Positions 31,434 through 42,350 of a DNA stretch of 64,000 bases are shown here, one piece after another. The stretch comes from Gammaproteobacteria bacterium (GTDB lineage: Bacteria > Pseudomonadota > Gammaproteobacteria > GCA-002705445 > GCA-002716945): positions 414,953 to 478,952 of the forward strand of contig PBCF01000002.1 of NCBI GenBank assembly GCA_002716945.1, given 5' to 3'. The position numbers and the translations under genes are program-made. A model generated the notes under the pieces. That model searched no databases and was not told the origin of the DNA. It worked only from the letters and a program-made list of their open reading frames with translations. How positions within the stretch are numbered: position 1 is the first letter of the stretch; the number at the start of each line of letters is the position of its first letter.

Positions 31434-33304
31434 TTTTGACTTAGATATTCTTCGTTATATATTATCTCTGCATCTTTCTTAAGATTTTGAAAATACCAAT
31501 TAAATTCAGATTCGCTTCTTGTGTTTATAATAAAATTAGAAAAAGAATCATTTGAACGATTGTCCGTTTTATCTGAATAGCGAATTGATTTAATAGAAAG
31601 TATCAAAATATCTTTATTTTCTAACTGATATTTTAAAAACTTTTGATCAATATTAGAAGAAAATAATATCTCTTTAATCTCTTCACTAAAGTCTCTAGAA
31701 TCAATGCTGACTTCAAATGGTTTTAACTTGTATGAGACTTCAGGATTCATGCTGTTATTTAAGTCAATAATTAGATTGTTGGATAGTACGTTGATTTTGT
31801 TTGATGTTTTTAATGTAATAAGCAACGCCTCTATTGCATCACGTGATTCGTCAATGCTAAGTTGTTTAGGTTTATAATAATTTTTGATTTTAGCAATTAT
31901 GAATCTATCGTCATTAATATATATTGGCTCAGATAATTTCTGATCATTAATAATTGCGGAAGAAAATATGATATTTCTTATAAATTCATAGTTAAAGATC
32001 CCATATCCATTATTTTCTGATATTAATTTTGACTCTATGATAGGTATATTTGATTCCAAAGAAATTTCATCTATGGATTTATTCCCAACAAACACGTCTT
32101 CTTTGATTTTTTCTGATAAATTATAGTAGAGCCTTGTTCCTTGTTCATCTCTGTAATCTTTTATTATATTGTGCTTTACTTCTGTGAATGTTTTGTCGTA
32201 GCTTTTAGATTTATCTGTTATTGATATTAAGTGATAACCTTTATCAGATTTAATTATTTGAGAAATCTCTTTAATTTGTAATTTAGTAATATGGGTCTGT
32301 AAATATGATGGTATTTCTTCAATATAGAACTCTCCTAAATAACCTTTATTATTTATTGTCTCCTGATCATTGGAGTATTTTTCTGATGTTAATGAAAAAG
32401 ATTCATTATTAATTAAATCTTTACGGGCTTGGATTGCTTTTTGTTTTATTTTCTCATTATCTCCTTCTTTTGTGTGTTTGAATAAAATATGATTGATTCT
32501 GTACTTTTCAGGTTGATTATATATTCCTAAAGAGAGGTTTTTATTATATATTTCTTCAATTAATTCATCATTTATTGGTATGGCTTTAATAATGTCATGC
32601 TTATTAATATCTAAATATCTGAAAACTCCCTTTTTTTGAGACAAAAAACTATCTTTATTTTCTTGATAATAATTTTTTATGTCAGTTTCGCTAATAACAA
32701 TATTTTTCTTTATATCATTAAATTTAAGCAAGATATATTCACCTATTCTTATATGATTTCTAAATTTTTTTAAATCAATAGTTTCTGATTTTGTTAAAAA
32801 AGATGTATCTGTTACTGCTTGTTTTAATTGGTTAGAAATGCCAGTTCTATATATATAATTTTCATATTCTTTTGATGACATCCCAAGTGTAAACAACTGT
32901 CTTTTATATAAATCCGCATCAAAACCAGTTTCAGTTTTAAAGGCATCTGTGTTTTTTATTTCTTCTAATATTAGTTTAGGGCTATATATTAGGTTCAATT
33001 CATCTGCATGGTGATTGATTAACATAGATCTTAATAAATAATCAAGAGTAATTTTTTTTATAAAAGCATTTGAATAAGAAGTAGGAATATTCCCTTGATA
33101 GTTTTTTTGTAATATTTTTTTATATCTGAAGATTTCCTGCTCTAATCTTGAAATACTTATTATTTGATCATTAACAATCATTGAATAGCTTTTTTGATTA
33201 GTCCCAAAATCACCAACTCCCAAAAAAACTAAAGGTATTGCTATAAGAATAACAAGAACAAATATAACCCAACCTTTTAATTTTTCTCTGATAGCATTTA
33301 GCAT
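31430..33304 (-). CDS. ppiD: Periplasmic folding chaperone PpiD.
   Basis: 624 aa. N-terminal membrane anchor and a parvulin-like domain. Conserved position downstream of hupB. Confidence 0.8.
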   Translation of the reverse strand: MLNAIREKLKGWVIFVLVILIAIPLVFLGVGDFGTNQKSYSMIVNDQIISISRLEQEIFRYKKILQKNYQGNIPTSYSNAFIKKITLDYLLRSMLINHHADELNLIYSPKLILEEIKNTDAFKTETGFDADLYKRQLFTLGMSSKEYENYIYRTGISNQLKQAVTDTSFLTKSETIDLKKFRNHIRIGEYILLKFNDIKKNIVISETDIKNYYQENKDSFLSQKKGVFRYLDINKHDIIKAIPINDELIEEIYNKNLSLGIYNQPEKYRINHILFKHTKEGDNEKIKQKAIQARKDLINNESFSLTSEKYSNDQETINNKGYLGEFYIEEIPSYLQTHITKLQIKEISQIIKSDKGYHLISITDKSKSYDKTFTEVKHNIIKDYRDEQGTRLYYNLSEKIKEDVFVGNKSIDEISLESNIPIIESKLISENNGYGIFNYEFIRNIIFSSAIINDQKLSEPIYINDDRFIIAKIKNYYKPKQLSIDESRDAIEALLITLKTSNKINVLSNNLIIDLNNSMNPEVSYKLKPFEVSIDSRDFSEEIKEILFSSNIDQKFLKYQLENKDILILSIKSIRYSDKTDNRSNDSFSNFIINTRSESEFNWYFQNLKKDAEIIYNEEYLSQN

Positions 33305-33324
33305 AAGTATAATTATATTATTTA

Positions 33325-33398
33325 CGGAGACGAAGGGACTCGAACCCTCGACCTCCTGCGTGACAGGCAGGCGTTCTAACCAACTGAACTACGCCTCC
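33325..33398 (-). tRNA. tRNA-Asp (GTC).
   Basis: Minus strand reads GGAGGCGTAGTTCAGTTGGTTAGAACGCCTGCCTGTCACGCAGGAGGTCGAGGGTTCGAGTCCCTTCGTCTCCG. Cloverleaf with anticodon loop CTGTCAC. Confidence 0.9.
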
Positions 33399-33476
33399 AA
33401 TAAATAAAAGATATATTAACATAATTATGTTTTGAATATACACTGGATGCATAGATCTGCTGCTTATAGATTAATT

Positions 33477-33550
33477 TGGGTGCTGTAAGAGTCGAACTTA
33501 CGACCTCCGCCTTGTAAGGGCGGCGCTCTAACCAGCTGAGCTAAGCACCC
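33477..33550 (-). tRNA. tRNA-Val (TAC).
   Basis: Minus strand reads GGGTGCTTAGCTCAGCTGGTTAGAGCGCCGCCCTTACAAGGCGGAGGTCGTAAGTTCGACTCTTACAGCACCCA. Anticodon loop CTTACAA. Confidence 0.9.
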
Positions 33551-33574
33551 CCCTTGTTTTAAATGAAGGTTATT

Positions 33575-33847
33575 CTAGTTTAGAGCATCCTTGAGTGCTT
33601 TGCCAGCTTTGAAAGATGGCACATTAGATGCTGCTATTTGAATAGATTCTCCAGTTCTTGGATTTCTACCAGTTCTTGCTTCTCTTCTTTTGCTTTTAAA
33701 AGATCCAAAGCCTGCAATAGCAACTTCAGTTCCACTTTTTAAAGTTCCTGTTATGACATTAATCATTGCTTCTACGTGAGCAGTTGCATCTGATTTACTG
33801 CTACTAGCTGCTTCAGCTACTGCTGATATAAATTCTGCTTTGTTCAT
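33575..33847 (-). CDS. hupB: DNA-binding protein HU-beta.
   Basis: 90 aa. MNKAEFISAVAEAA start, a GFGSF..R.ARTGRNP..G arm region, high identity to HU. Confidence 0.92.
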   Translation of the reverse strand: MNKAEFISAVAEAASSSKSDATAHVEAMINVITGTLKSGTEVAIAGFGSFKSKRREARTGRNPRTGESIQIAASNVPSFKAGKALKDALN

Positions 33848-33998
33848 GAATTAAAACCTCGTTGATAATTGTAAATTTTTTATGTTTTTATATATCAATA
33901 ATTGACGATATATAATTAACTTCATATTTTACAGCAATATTAGACTATAAAAAAATAAATCTCTTGGGTTTCTTCGTTTACAATAGAAAAAAAATATG

Positions 33999-36422
33999 CT
34001 AGTGAGTTAAGTTATCCCCAATATCGGATTTTGTTTTTTTGTCAGATATTGCGGTTTTCTTAGAAGTTTTTTTGTTTTTTATCGGCTTAGACCTTAATCC
34101 AATTGCAAAAACTTCATCAACAAATTGAACTGGGTGTATTTTTAAGCCTTTCAACACTATATCTGGTATTTCTTTTAAATCTTTTTGGTTGTCTTTTGGA
34201 ATAATGACCTCTTTAATACCACCTCTTAACGCTGCTAGTAATTTTTCTTTCAACCCACCTATCTCTAGAACTTCTCCACGAAGTGTAATTTCACCTGTCA
34301 TAGCAACATTTGACCTGACAGGGATATTTGACAAAGCTGACGCAACGGCCAATGCCATTGTAATCCCGGCGCTAGGTCCGTCTTTAGGTGTTGCACCTTC
34401 AGGAACATGTATGTGTAGATCTTTGTTTTCATTGAAATCAGGTTCGATCCCAAGAGATTTTGATCTGGTTCTAACGACCGTGACTGCTGCCTTTATAGAT
34501 TCTTGCATTACATCACCAAGTTGACCTGTTTGTGTAACTTTGCCTTTTCCATTCATTAATGCACATTCTATTCTGAGCAGTTCACCACCCACAGATGTCC
34601 AAGCTAATCCATTCACTTGACCAATCATGTCATTTTTATCAATCATTCCATAATTATATTTTTTGACACCCAAATACTCTGATAAATTTTGAGGTGTGAT
34701 TTTTACTTTTGTTAATTTTTTTGATTTTTTCATCAATATGTTTTTTACAACTTTACGACATATTTTAGAAATTGATCTATCTAGACCTCTCACACCAGCT
34801 TCACGAGTATAGTAGCGAATTATATCTTTGATAACGGATACAGATATGGATATCTCTTTTGATTTCAAACCATTTTGTGCAAATTGTTTTGACAGTAAAT
34901 ATTTTTTTGCAATATCAACCTTTTCCTCTTCTGTATAACCTGGAATCCTAATTATTTCCATTCTGTCTAATAATGGTAATGGTATATTTTCCATCGAATT
35001 AGCTGTAGCAATAAACATAATGTCTGATAAATCAAAATCAATTTCAAGATAATGATCATTAAAAGAATAGTTTTGTTCTGGATCAAGAACTTCTAATAGA
35101 GCAGAAGAAGGATCGCCACGAAAATCCATAGCCATTTTATCTATTTCGTCTAGTAGAAATAAAGGATTACGTTTTTTAACTTTTAATAAATTTTGAATTA
35201 CTTTGCCTGGCATTGAACCTATGTATGTTCTTCTATGACCTCTAATTTCAGCTTCATCTCTGACTCCTCCTAATGACATCTTTATAAATTTCCTATTTGT
35301 TGATCTGGCAATTGACATACCCAAAGATGTTTTTCCAACTCCAGGAGGTCCAACAAGACATAATATAGGTCCTTTGATTTTATTTACTCTTTTAGTAACA
35401 GCTAAATATTCTAGAATTCTTTCTTTAACTTTTTCTAGCCCATGATGATCATCCTCAAGAATTTTATTAGCATGATCAATGTCAGAATTAACAATAGATT
35501 CTTCTTTCCATGGAAGAGCTATAACAGTATCTATATAATTTCTAACCACTGTTGCTTCAGCTGACATTGGTGACATCATTTTAAGTTTATTATATTCAGA
35601 TGTAACTTTTTCTTTTGCTTCTGATGATAGTCCAACAGAATTAATTTTGTTTAATAAAGAATCTAGATCTTGAGTTTCATCTCCAATTTCACCCAATTCT
35701 TTTTGAATAGCCTTCATTTGTTCATTAAGGTAATATTCTCTCTGGCTTTTTTCCATTTGTTGTTTGACACGACCGCGTATTTTCTTCTCTACTTGTAATA
35801 TGTCTAATTCGCTTTCCATGGATTTTATTAAAAATTCTACTCTTTCTTTAGTGCTAGTTAATTCTAATACTTTTTGTTTCTCTTCAATTTTCATAGTCAT
35901 ATGAGCTGCAATGCTATCAGATAATTTTGAAATACTGTCAATGCCAGCAATTGATGATAAAACTTCAGGTGGTATTTTTTTATTTAATTTAACATATTGG
36001 TTAAATGTATCTTCTAATGTTCTAGATAGCGCATCAGATTGCGTCTGAGTAATTGAATCAGTTTCTGGATCAAATTCACTACATTCTGCATAAAAGTGAT
36101 TACTATCTTCAATTATTTCTTTAATATTTGCCCTAGCAATCCCTTCAACAAGAACTTTCATTGTTCCGTCTGGTAATTTTAAAAGCTGTAGTATGGTTGC
36201 TGTGCTTCCCATTTGATATAATTGAGAAATTTTAGGATCATCAATATCTGCTGATTTTTGCGTAACTAATAATATTTTTTTATCAAAATTATTCATTGAA
36301 TTTTCTAAAGCACGAATAGATTTTGGTCTTCCCACAAATAATGGTACGACCATATTTGGATAAACTACTACATCTCTTAATGGTAGTAATGGTATTTGAT
36401 TTATTTTTATTCTATTTGACAT
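33999..36422 (-). CDS. lon: ATP-dependent Lon protease.
   Basis: 807 aa. LON N-domain, Walker A GPPGVGKTS, catalytic PKDGPSAGI Ser region. Confidence 0.97.
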   Translation of the reverse strand: MSNRIKINQIPLLPLRDVVVYPNMVVPLFVGRPKSIRALENSMNNFDKKILLVTQKSADIDDPKISQLYQMGSTATILQLLKLPDGTMKVLVEGIARANIKEIIEDSNHFYAECSEFDPETDSITQTQSDALSRTLEDTFNQYVKLNKKIPPEVLSSIAGIDSISKLSDSIAAHMTMKIEEKQKVLELTSTKERVEFLIKSMESELDILQVEKKIRGRVKQQMEKSQREYYLNEQMKAIQKELGEIGDETQDLDSLLNKINSVGLSSEAKEKVTSEYNKLKMMSPMSAEATVVRNYIDTVIALPWKEESIVNSDIDHANKILEDDHHGLEKVKERILEYLAVTKRVNKIKGPILCLVGPPGVGKTSLGMSIARSTNRKFIKMSLGGVRDEAEIRGHRRTYIGSMPGKVIQNLLKVKKRNPLFLLDEIDKMAMDFRGDPSSALLEVLDPEQNYSFNDHYLEIDFDLSDIMFIATANSMENIPLPLLDRMEIIRIPGYTEEEKVDIAKKYLLSKQFAQNGLKSKEISISVSVIKDIIRYYTREAGVRGLDRSISKICRKVVKNILMKKSKKLTKVKITPQNLSEYLGVKKYNYGMIDKNDMIGQVNGLAWTSVGGELLRIECALMNGKGKVTQTGQLGDVMQESIKAAVTVVRTRSKSLGIEPDFNENKDLHIHVPEGATPKDGPSAGITMALAVASALSNIPVRSNVAMTGEITLRGEVLEIGGLKEKLLAALRGGIKEVIIPKDNQKDLKEIPDIVLKGLKIHPVQFVDEVFAIGLRSKPIKNKKTSKKTAISDKKTKSDIGDNLTH

Positions 36423-36468
36423 AATTATTATATGTTAATTATTATGTAGTCAAAATATTATATTTCAA

Positions 36469-37737
36469 CTATTCTTTTGAACTAGCCTTAGTTTGTTTTG
36501 ATTTACCATAAATCATTAGTGGTTTATTGGATGACTCAACAACTGTTTTGTCAATAATAACTTTCTTAATACTAGAGTCTGATGGCAAATTATACATAGT
36601 TTCTAGCAAGATTTTTTCGAGCAAAGTCCTGAGCCCTCTTGCTCCAGTTTTTCTCTCCATTGCTTTTTTTGCAATAGAAGATAATGCGTCATTTCTAAAT
36701 TCTAACTCACAATCTTCCATTTGAAACAATCTATGATATTGCTTGATTAAGGCATTTTTTGGTATTGTTAAGATTTTTACTAATGCATTAACATCTAATT
36801 CTTCAAGTGTCGCTATGACTGGAAGCCTTCCAACAAATTCTGGAATTAAACCATACTTTATTAAGTCTTCTGGTCCTACTATATTTAAAGTTTCTGCAAA
36901 TGTTTTTTTGTCATTGATATCTCTAACTGTTGCAGAAAATCCTATACCAGATTTATCTGTTCTTTCTTGTATGATTTTATCTAACCCTGCAAACGCTCCA
37001 CCAACGATAAATAAAATATTACTTGTATCTACTTGAAGAAATTCTTGTTGAGGGTGTTTTCTGCCGCCTTGAGGCGGTACTGATGCTATAGTTCCTTCAA
37101 TAAGTTTCAAGAGTGCTTGTTGAACTCCTTCCCCAGAAACATCTCTGGTAATAGAAGGGTTATCAGATTTTCTAGATATCTTGTCTATTTCATCAATATA
37201 TACTATACCTGTTTGCGCTTTTTCAACATCATAATCACATTTTTGTAATAATTTTTGAATAATATTTTCTACATCTTCACCAACATATCCTGCTTCCGTT
37301 AAAGTTGTTGCATCTGCAATTGTAAAAGGGACATTGAGTAATCGGGCTAAAGTTTCAGCTAATAAAGTTTTTCCTGATCCTGTTGGTCCTATTAAAAGGA
37401 TATTGCTTTTATTTAATTCAACAGCATTTTTTGAAACTTTGGAGTTCAATCTTTTATAATGATTATAAACAGCAACTGATAAAACTTTTTTAGCATGATC
37501 TTGGCCTATTACATAATCATCCAGTATAGTTTTAATCTCTTGTGGTTTAGCTAAATTGTCTTTTGTGTGAAGTGATTTCTCTTCTAATTCATCTCTAATA
37601 ATTTCATTACAAAGTTCTACACACTCATCACATATAAAAACAGATGGGCCTGCAATAAGTTTATTAACTTCATTCTGATTTTTACCACAAAAAGAACAAT
37701 GTAGTAATTTATTTGATTCTTTAATATCTGTATCCAT
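36469..37737 (-). CDS. clpX: ATP-dependent Clp protease ATP-binding subunit ClpX.
   Basis: 422 aa. N-terminal zinc-finger CSFCGK..C, Walker [13 protein letters not shown] pore loop. Confidence 0.97.
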   Translation of the reverse strand: MDTDIKESNKLLHCSFCGKNQNEVNKLIAGPSVFICDECVELCNEIIRDELEEKSLHTKDNLAKPQEIKTILDDYVIGQDHAKKVLSVAVYNHYKRLNSKVSKNAVELNKSNILLIGPTGSGKTLLAETLARLLNVPFTIADATTLTEAGYVGEDVENIIQKLLQKCDYDVEKAQTGIVYIDEIDKISRKSDNPSITRDVSGEGVQQALLKLIEGTIASVPPQGGRKHPQQEFLQVDTSNILFIVGGAFAGLDKIIQERTDKSGIGFSATVRDINDKKTFAETLNIVGPEDLIKYGLIPEFVGRLPVIATLEELDVNALVKILTIPKNALIKQYHRLFQMEDCELEFRNDALSSIAKKAMERKTGARGLRTLLEKILLETMYNLPSDSSIKKVIIDKTVVESSNKPLMIYGKSKQTKASSKE

Positions 37738-37808
37738 GGCTAATATTTATTATTCATTATAACCATCTTTTTATATAAAGTAAAAGATTGTAAATTTTGT
37801 ACTATAAT

Positions 37809-38420
37809 TTATTTTTTTGAAGGTCTTTTTTGTAATATATTGTCAATAAGTCCATACTTTTTAGCTTCATTAGCAGTCATAAAATTATCACGTTCAGTGT
37901 CAGACTGTATTTGCTTAAGACTTTGTCCTGTATTTGAAGCTAATATATCATTGATTCTTGATCTAATATTTAATATTTCACGAGCATGTATATCTAAATC
38001 AGATGCTTGACCTTGAAAGCTGCCTAATGGTTGATGAATCATGACTCTAGAATTAGGTAATGCATGTCTCTTTTTCTTTGCACCGCCAGATAGTAAAATT
38101 GCACCCATACTTGCAGCCTGACCAACGCATAATGTACTAACATCAGGTTTAATAAACTGCATAGTGTCATAAATGGACATACCGGCAGTTACGGATCCAC
38201 CGGGTGTATTAATATACAGGTTAATATCTTTAGTTGGGTTTTCTGATTCCAAAAAAAGTAATTGAGCAACTATAAGATTTGCTGAATGATCTTCTACAGC
38301 TCCGACAAGAAAAATTATTCTTTCTTTTAATAATCTAGAATAAATATCATAAGCTCTCTCTCCTCTGGATGTCTGTTCTATTACCATTGGAACTAAATTA
38401 TCTATAATTTTATCATCCAT
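37809..38420 (-). CDS. clpP: ATP-dependent Clp protease proteolytic subunit.
   Basis: 203 aa. GQAASMG catalytic Ser region and His/Asp motifs. Confidence 0.97.
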   Translation of the reverse strand: MDDKIIDNLVPMVIEQTSRGERAYDIYSRLLKERIIFLVGAVEDHSANLIVAQLLFLESENPTKDINLYINTPGGSVTAGMSIYDTMQFIKPDVSTLCVGQAASMGAILLSGGAKKKRHALPNSRVMIHQPLGSFQGQASDLDIHAREILNIRSRINDILASNTGQSLKQIQSDTERDNFMTANEAKKYGLIDNILQKRPSKK

Positions 38421-39715
38421 TAATTCATTACCTCTTTAAATATTTTTTTAACTACCTTTATCTTGCACTTAGATAATATATTTTCAATAATAGCACTTTC
38501 CAATAATTTATTCTTAATTTCATTTATCAAATTTGTGTTTTTAGCAATTTTATCTTTTTGATCGCTTGGATAATTTGAAGTAATATAATTGGATACATCA
38601 GAGTCTGTTATGGTAATATTGAATTCTTTTGCTAATTTAATATATAAAATATTTAATTTTGCTCTTTTTTCAGCAACTATATTGATTTCATTGGTTAATG
38701 ACTCATCTGTCTCTTTCATCATAGCTTTGTATTGATTATAAATATCTTCTTTTTGAGACTCTATCATTGATGTTGGAATATCAAAATTATTTTTATCTAT
38801 TAATTCCTGATTAATTATTGCAATTTGATTTGACTTAATTTTATCATCTAGTTCTTTGGATATGTGTTTAAGTATATTTTCTTTAAATTCTTTATCAGAG
38901 ACACCTTCTAATCCAAAATTTTTATAAAATTCATTGTTTAATTTAGGTAATACGCCACTATAAATATTTTTGATATGAATCTTGTAATCAACTTTTTTGT
39001 TTGATAAGTTTTTATCAGGAAAATTTTTTGGCATTTGGTATGAAAAATTTTTATTGGTTCCAATATTTTCCCCAATAACTGATTTATAGAATTCGGCAAA
39101 TAATCCTTTCGTTGCTTCATCGCCTCTGACATCGCTATTTATTATGAATGTAAAATCAGTTTGTTTACTATTTTCAAAAGATTTATTATCAATTAATCCT
39201 TCATAATCAATTACAACTTTGTCGCCAGATTCTGCGGAACTCGTTTTAGTTTTCCATTTTGTATGCTGTTTTCTAATATTATTAATTACATCTTCAATGT
39301 CTTGATTCTCAATTTTAACATCAGGTTTTTCGACTATAATTTCAGCAATATTATTTAATGAAAATTCTGGAAATATTTCAAATTTAGCAGTAAAAGCTAA
39401 GTCAGAATTATCTGACGGATGAGTATCAATTGTTAACTGCGGAGAACTAACAGTTTGTATCTGGTTGTCAACTATTGCTTTAGACAACGCTTCTTGTATA
39501 AGTTCATTTACAGAATTGTTATGTATATCTTGTTTATATTTGGAAAGAATGACTTTTTCTGGAATTTTGCCCGATCTAAATCCATCCATTTTTACTTGAG
39601 ATTGCATTTTTGTAAGATTTTTTTTAAATACAGTTGAATAATTGTTTTTAGATACAACAATTTTCATAGACCTTTGTAGGCCTTTTAATACATTAATATT
39701 GACGGTTATATCCAT
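38420..39715 (-). CDS. tig: Trigger factor.
   Basis: 431 aa. Ribosome-binding N-domain (GFRSGKIP motif), FKBP-like middle domain, C-terminal chaperone domain. Its stop overlaps the clpP start (TAATG). Confidence 0.92.
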   Translation of the reverse strand: MDITVNINVLKGLQRSMKIVVSKNNYSTVFKKNLTKMQSQVKMDGFRSGKIPEKVILSKYKQDIHNNSVNELIQEALSKAIVDNQIQTVSSPQLTIDTHPSDNSDLAFTAKFEIFPEFSLNNIAEIIVEKPDVKIENQDIEDVINNIRKQHTKWKTKTSSAESGDKVVIDYEGLIDNKSFENSKQTDFTFIINSDVRGDEATKGLFAEFYKSVIGENIGTNKNFSYQMPKNFPDKNLSNKKVDYKIHIKNIYSGVLPKLNNEFYKNFGLEGVSDKEFKENILKHISKELDDKIKSNQIAIINQELIDKNNFDIPTSMIESQKEDIYNQYKAMMKETDESLTNEINIVAEKRAKLNILYIKLAKEFNITITDSDVSNYITSNYPSDQKDKIAKNTNLINEIKNKLLESAIIENILSKCKIKVVKKIFKEVMN

Positions 39716-39951
39716 TATTTACATTTATAAGTAAGAATATATCTATCATCTTCGAAAATATTAGATTCTAATTCTTCTCGTATTACCTTATACGATGATG
39801 GACTACAGCTTTTTTCAATTAATTTCTGACAAGAATCTTTAGTTTCAGATAGACACATTAGCTTATCTCCTGACAAAATAATTTTAGGCGCGCTTGAACT
39901 ACAACTTGATATAAAAAAAGCTATAGAGCAAACTATTAAAAATCTATACAT
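39715..39951 (-). CDS. Small predicted lipoprotein with 5 Cys in the mature part.
   Basis: 78 aa from ATG at 39951. Signal peptide MYRFLIVCSIAFFISS followed by a lipobox Cys. The ORF-track N-terminal extension (39952-40101) runs into tRNA genes and was removed. Confidence 0.5.
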   Translation of the reverse strand: MYRFLIVCSIAFFISSCSSSAPKIILSGDKLMCLSETKDSCQKLIEKSCSPSSYKVIREELESNIFEDDRYILTYKCK

Positions 39952-39968
39952 CTTAAACCTCCTTTTTT

Positions 39969-40049
<81 letters not shown>

Positions 40050-40059
40050 AAATTCTAAG

Positions 40060-40132
40060 GGTGGATGATGGGACTCGAACCCACGACAACTGCTGCCACA
40101 AAGCAGGGCTCTACCACTGAGCTACACCCACC
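40060..40132 (-). tRNA. tRNA-His (GTG).
   Basis: Minus strand reads GGTGGGTGTAGCTCAGTGGTAGAGCCCTGCTTTGTGGCAGCAGTTGTCGTGGGTTCGAGTCCCATCATCCACCC. The extra 5' G (G-1) typical of tRNA-His. Anticodon loop TTGTGGC. Confidence 0.9.
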
Positions 40133-40155
40133 ATTATTTTATATTATCACATTTG

Positions 40156-40230
40156 CGCGCCTGGAAGGATTCGAACCTCCGACCTCATCGTTCGTAGCGA
40201 TGCACTCTAATCCAACTGAGCTACAGGCGC
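40156..40230 (-). tRNA. tRNA-Arg (ACG).
   Basis: Minus strand reads GCGCCTGTAGCTCAGTTGGATTAGAGTGCATCGCTACGAACGATGAGGTCGGAGGTTCGAATCCTTCCAGGCGCG. Anticodon loop CTACGAA. Confidence 0.9.
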
Positions 40231-40233
40231 ATA

Positions 40234-40307
40234 TCGGGGTGATAGGATTCGAACCTACGACCTACTGGTCCCAAACCAGCCGCGCTACCAAGCTGCGCTA
40301 CACCCCG
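40234..40307 (-). tRNA. tRNA-Pro (TGG).
   Basis: Minus strand reads CGGGGTGTAGCGCAGCTTGGTAGCGCGGCTGGTTTGGGACCAGTAGGTCGTAGGTTCGAATCCTATCACCCCGA. Anticodon loop TTTGGGA. Confidence 0.9.
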
Positions 40308-40354
40308 TAGTATAGACATATTATACAGATTGATTCTGATATTGAAATTAAAAG

Positions 40355-41704
40355 TCACTTTGGTTTAAATTTCCAGACTGTTTGATTTCCGTCATCTTTA
40401 ATTTCTACATTTAATGAAGATAGTTTTTTACGTATTAAATCTGCTTTATTAAAATTTTTTTTCAACCTAGCAACATTTCTTTCTTTAATTAACTGTTCAA
40501 CAATTTTATTATCTATTTCTGAAATAACATTAGAAATATCATCAACAATATTTAATCCTAAAAAATCTATACAAAATAAAAACTTTGAATAATTTGATTT
40601 ATTATTATTTATATTTTTAACAAGCGTTGAAATATAATTTAATGCTGCAGGTGTATTCAAATCATCTTCTAAAATTGAAACAAGTTCATTATCAGGTATA
40701 TATTCTTTTTCATTGTTTTTCATTTCACTAATTAAATTTTTATATTTAGTGACTATATTTATAGAATTATTTAGAACTTCCGACGTCCAATTTAGTGGTT
40801 GTCTATAATGCGAAGATAATAGTGCATATTTTATAGATATTGGAGATGTGTTTTTTAATAAATCTTCAATTAAAACAACATTACCTAATGACTTTGACAT
40901 TTTTTTCTTATTAACCAAAACGATACCGTTATGAAACCAATAATTACAATATTCATTCTTAGAGACACAATTACCTTGAGCGAGTTCATTCTCATGATGA
41001 GGGAAGATTAAGTCATTCCCTCCTCCATGTATATCAAGTGTAGAGTCATGACCTATAATTTCTTTTATCATGCTTGTGCATTCAATATGCCAACCTGGTC
41101 TTCCATACCCCCATGGACTATCCCAACCTAATTGATCTTTATGTGATGGTTTCCATAAAATAAAATCTTTAGGTGATTTTTTATATGATGCAACATCAAT
41201 TCTTACACCATCAAGCATTTCTTTGGCAATTCTTTTTGATAATTTTCCATATTTTGTATATTTAACTGTATCAAACATAACGTTGCCTTCAGAAGTGTAT
41301 GTATATCCACTAGAAATTATTTTTGTTATTATTTCAATAATTCTAGGAATAAAGTCTGTAACTTTTGGTTCATGAGTTGGATCTAAAAGAGTAAGTGAGT
41401 CCATATTACTTTTATATGTTTTGTAATATTTCTCAGTAATTTCATTTACATTTCTATTCTCTTTCTTCGCTGCATCTATAATTTTATCATCGACATCAGT
41501 TATATTGCGTATATATGTAACCTTTTTATATTTATTTTTCAGTATTCTATACCAAAGATCACCAACTAAAGCTGATCTTGCGTTTCCAATATGCGGATTA
41601 CTATAAACCGTAGGTCCACATACATACATTGTAATATTATCTTCATTGACAGGTTTGAAATCTTCTTTTTTCTTAGATAATGTATTATAAATTTTTATGC
41701 CCAT
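40355..41704 (-). CDS. cysS: Cysteinyl-tRNA synthetase.
   Basis: 449 aa. Class I HIGH motif (HIGNARS) and KMSKS motif (KMSKSLGN). Confidence 0.95.
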   Translation of the reverse strand: MGIKIYNTLSKKKEDFKPVNEDNITMYVCGPTVYSNPHIGNARSALVGDLWYRILKNKYKKVTYIRNITDVDDKIIDAAKKENRNVNEITEKYYKTYKSNMDSLTLLDPTHEPKVTDFIPRIIEIITKIISSGYTYTSEGNVMFDTVKYTKYGKLSKRIAKEMLDGVRIDVASYKKSPKDFILWKPSHKDQLGWDSPWGYGRPGWHIECTSMIKEIIGHDSTLDIHGGGNDLIFPHHENELAQGNCVSKNEYCNYWFHNGIVLVNKKKMSKSLGNVVLIEDLLKNTSPISIKYALLSSHYRQPLNWTSEVLNNSINIVTKYKNLISEMKNNEKEYIPDNELVSILEDDLNTPAALNYISTLVKNINNNKSNYSKFLFCIDFLGLNIVDDISNVISEIDNKIVEQLIKERNVARLKKNFNKADLIRKKLSSLNVEIKDDGNQTVWKFKPK

Positions 41705-41738
41705 GTTATTATAATTCTAAAGAATATTAAGTATTGAT

Positions 41739-42347
41739 ATGCAAAGTATTAAAATAAAATTGTTTTGTTTATTTGTCCTATTGTGTCAAGCTGTACCATG
41801 TTATAGTTATACTGATAGTATACATGAAATAAAAAACACTGAGGCATCAAAATTGATAAAACTTAAAACATCGGAAGGCGATATAACAATAAGCTTATTT
41901 ACCGATAAAGCTCCTGAAACTGTAAAAAATTTCATATATTATGCAAAAAATGGAAGTTATAAAGGTACAATTTTTCATAGAGTTATATCAAACTTTATGA
42001 TACAAGGTGGCGGCCATTTACCAGACATGTCCCAAATATCTGCAATAGATCCAATTGTTAATGAATCTAGTAATAATCTTGGTAATAAAAAAGGGACCGT
42101 CGCAATGGCAAGAACAAGTGATCCGCATTCTGCAACATCACAATTTTTCATTAATTTAATAGATAATAATTTTTTAGATAAAAATAATGCTCCTGATAAT
42201 TTTGGCTACTGTGTTTTTGGGGAAGTAGTTGAAGGAATGGAAGTTGTAGAAAGAATTGGCACAACTGATACAGGTACAAAATTAGGATTTTCTGATGTGC
42301 CTTTAAAAAATATTATTATTGAAGATGTTGAAATAATAGAAGAGTAA
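41739..42347 (+). CDS. Cyclophilin-type peptidyl-prolyl cis-trans isomerase with a predicted signal peptide (periplasmic, PpiA-like).
   Basis: 202 aa. N-terminal hydrophobic signal. Cyclophilin core (GSYKGTIFHRVISNFMIQGG, FFINL). Occupies the ppiB slot between cysS and lpxH. Confidence 0.85.
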   Translation: MQSIKIKLFCLFVLLCQAVPCYSYTDSIHEIKNTEASKLIKLKTSEGDITISLFTDKAPETVKNFIYYAKNGSYKGTIFHRVISNFMIQGGGHLPDMSQISAIDPIVNESSNNLGNKKGTVAMARTSDPHSATSQFFINLIDNNFLDKNNAPDNFGYCVFGEVVEGMEVVERIGTTDTGTKLGFSDVPLKNIIIEDVEIIEE

Positions 42348-42350
42348 TTC

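Noticed and set aside
34189-34524. 111-aa plus-strand ORF inside lon, and similar antisense ORFs in clpX (36527..37036), degP (48072..48461), ftsK (60948..62222) and yejF (25319..25645).
   Set aside because: All are antisense to well-supported conserved genes and show no independent signal.
40065-40310. 81-aa plus-strand ORF (MMGLEPTTTAATKQGSTTELHPPLF...).
   Set aside because: It is read through the antisense of the tRNA-His, tRNA-Arg and tRNA-Pro genes. The 'LEPTT' and 'FEPPT' stretches are reverse-complemented T-arms.
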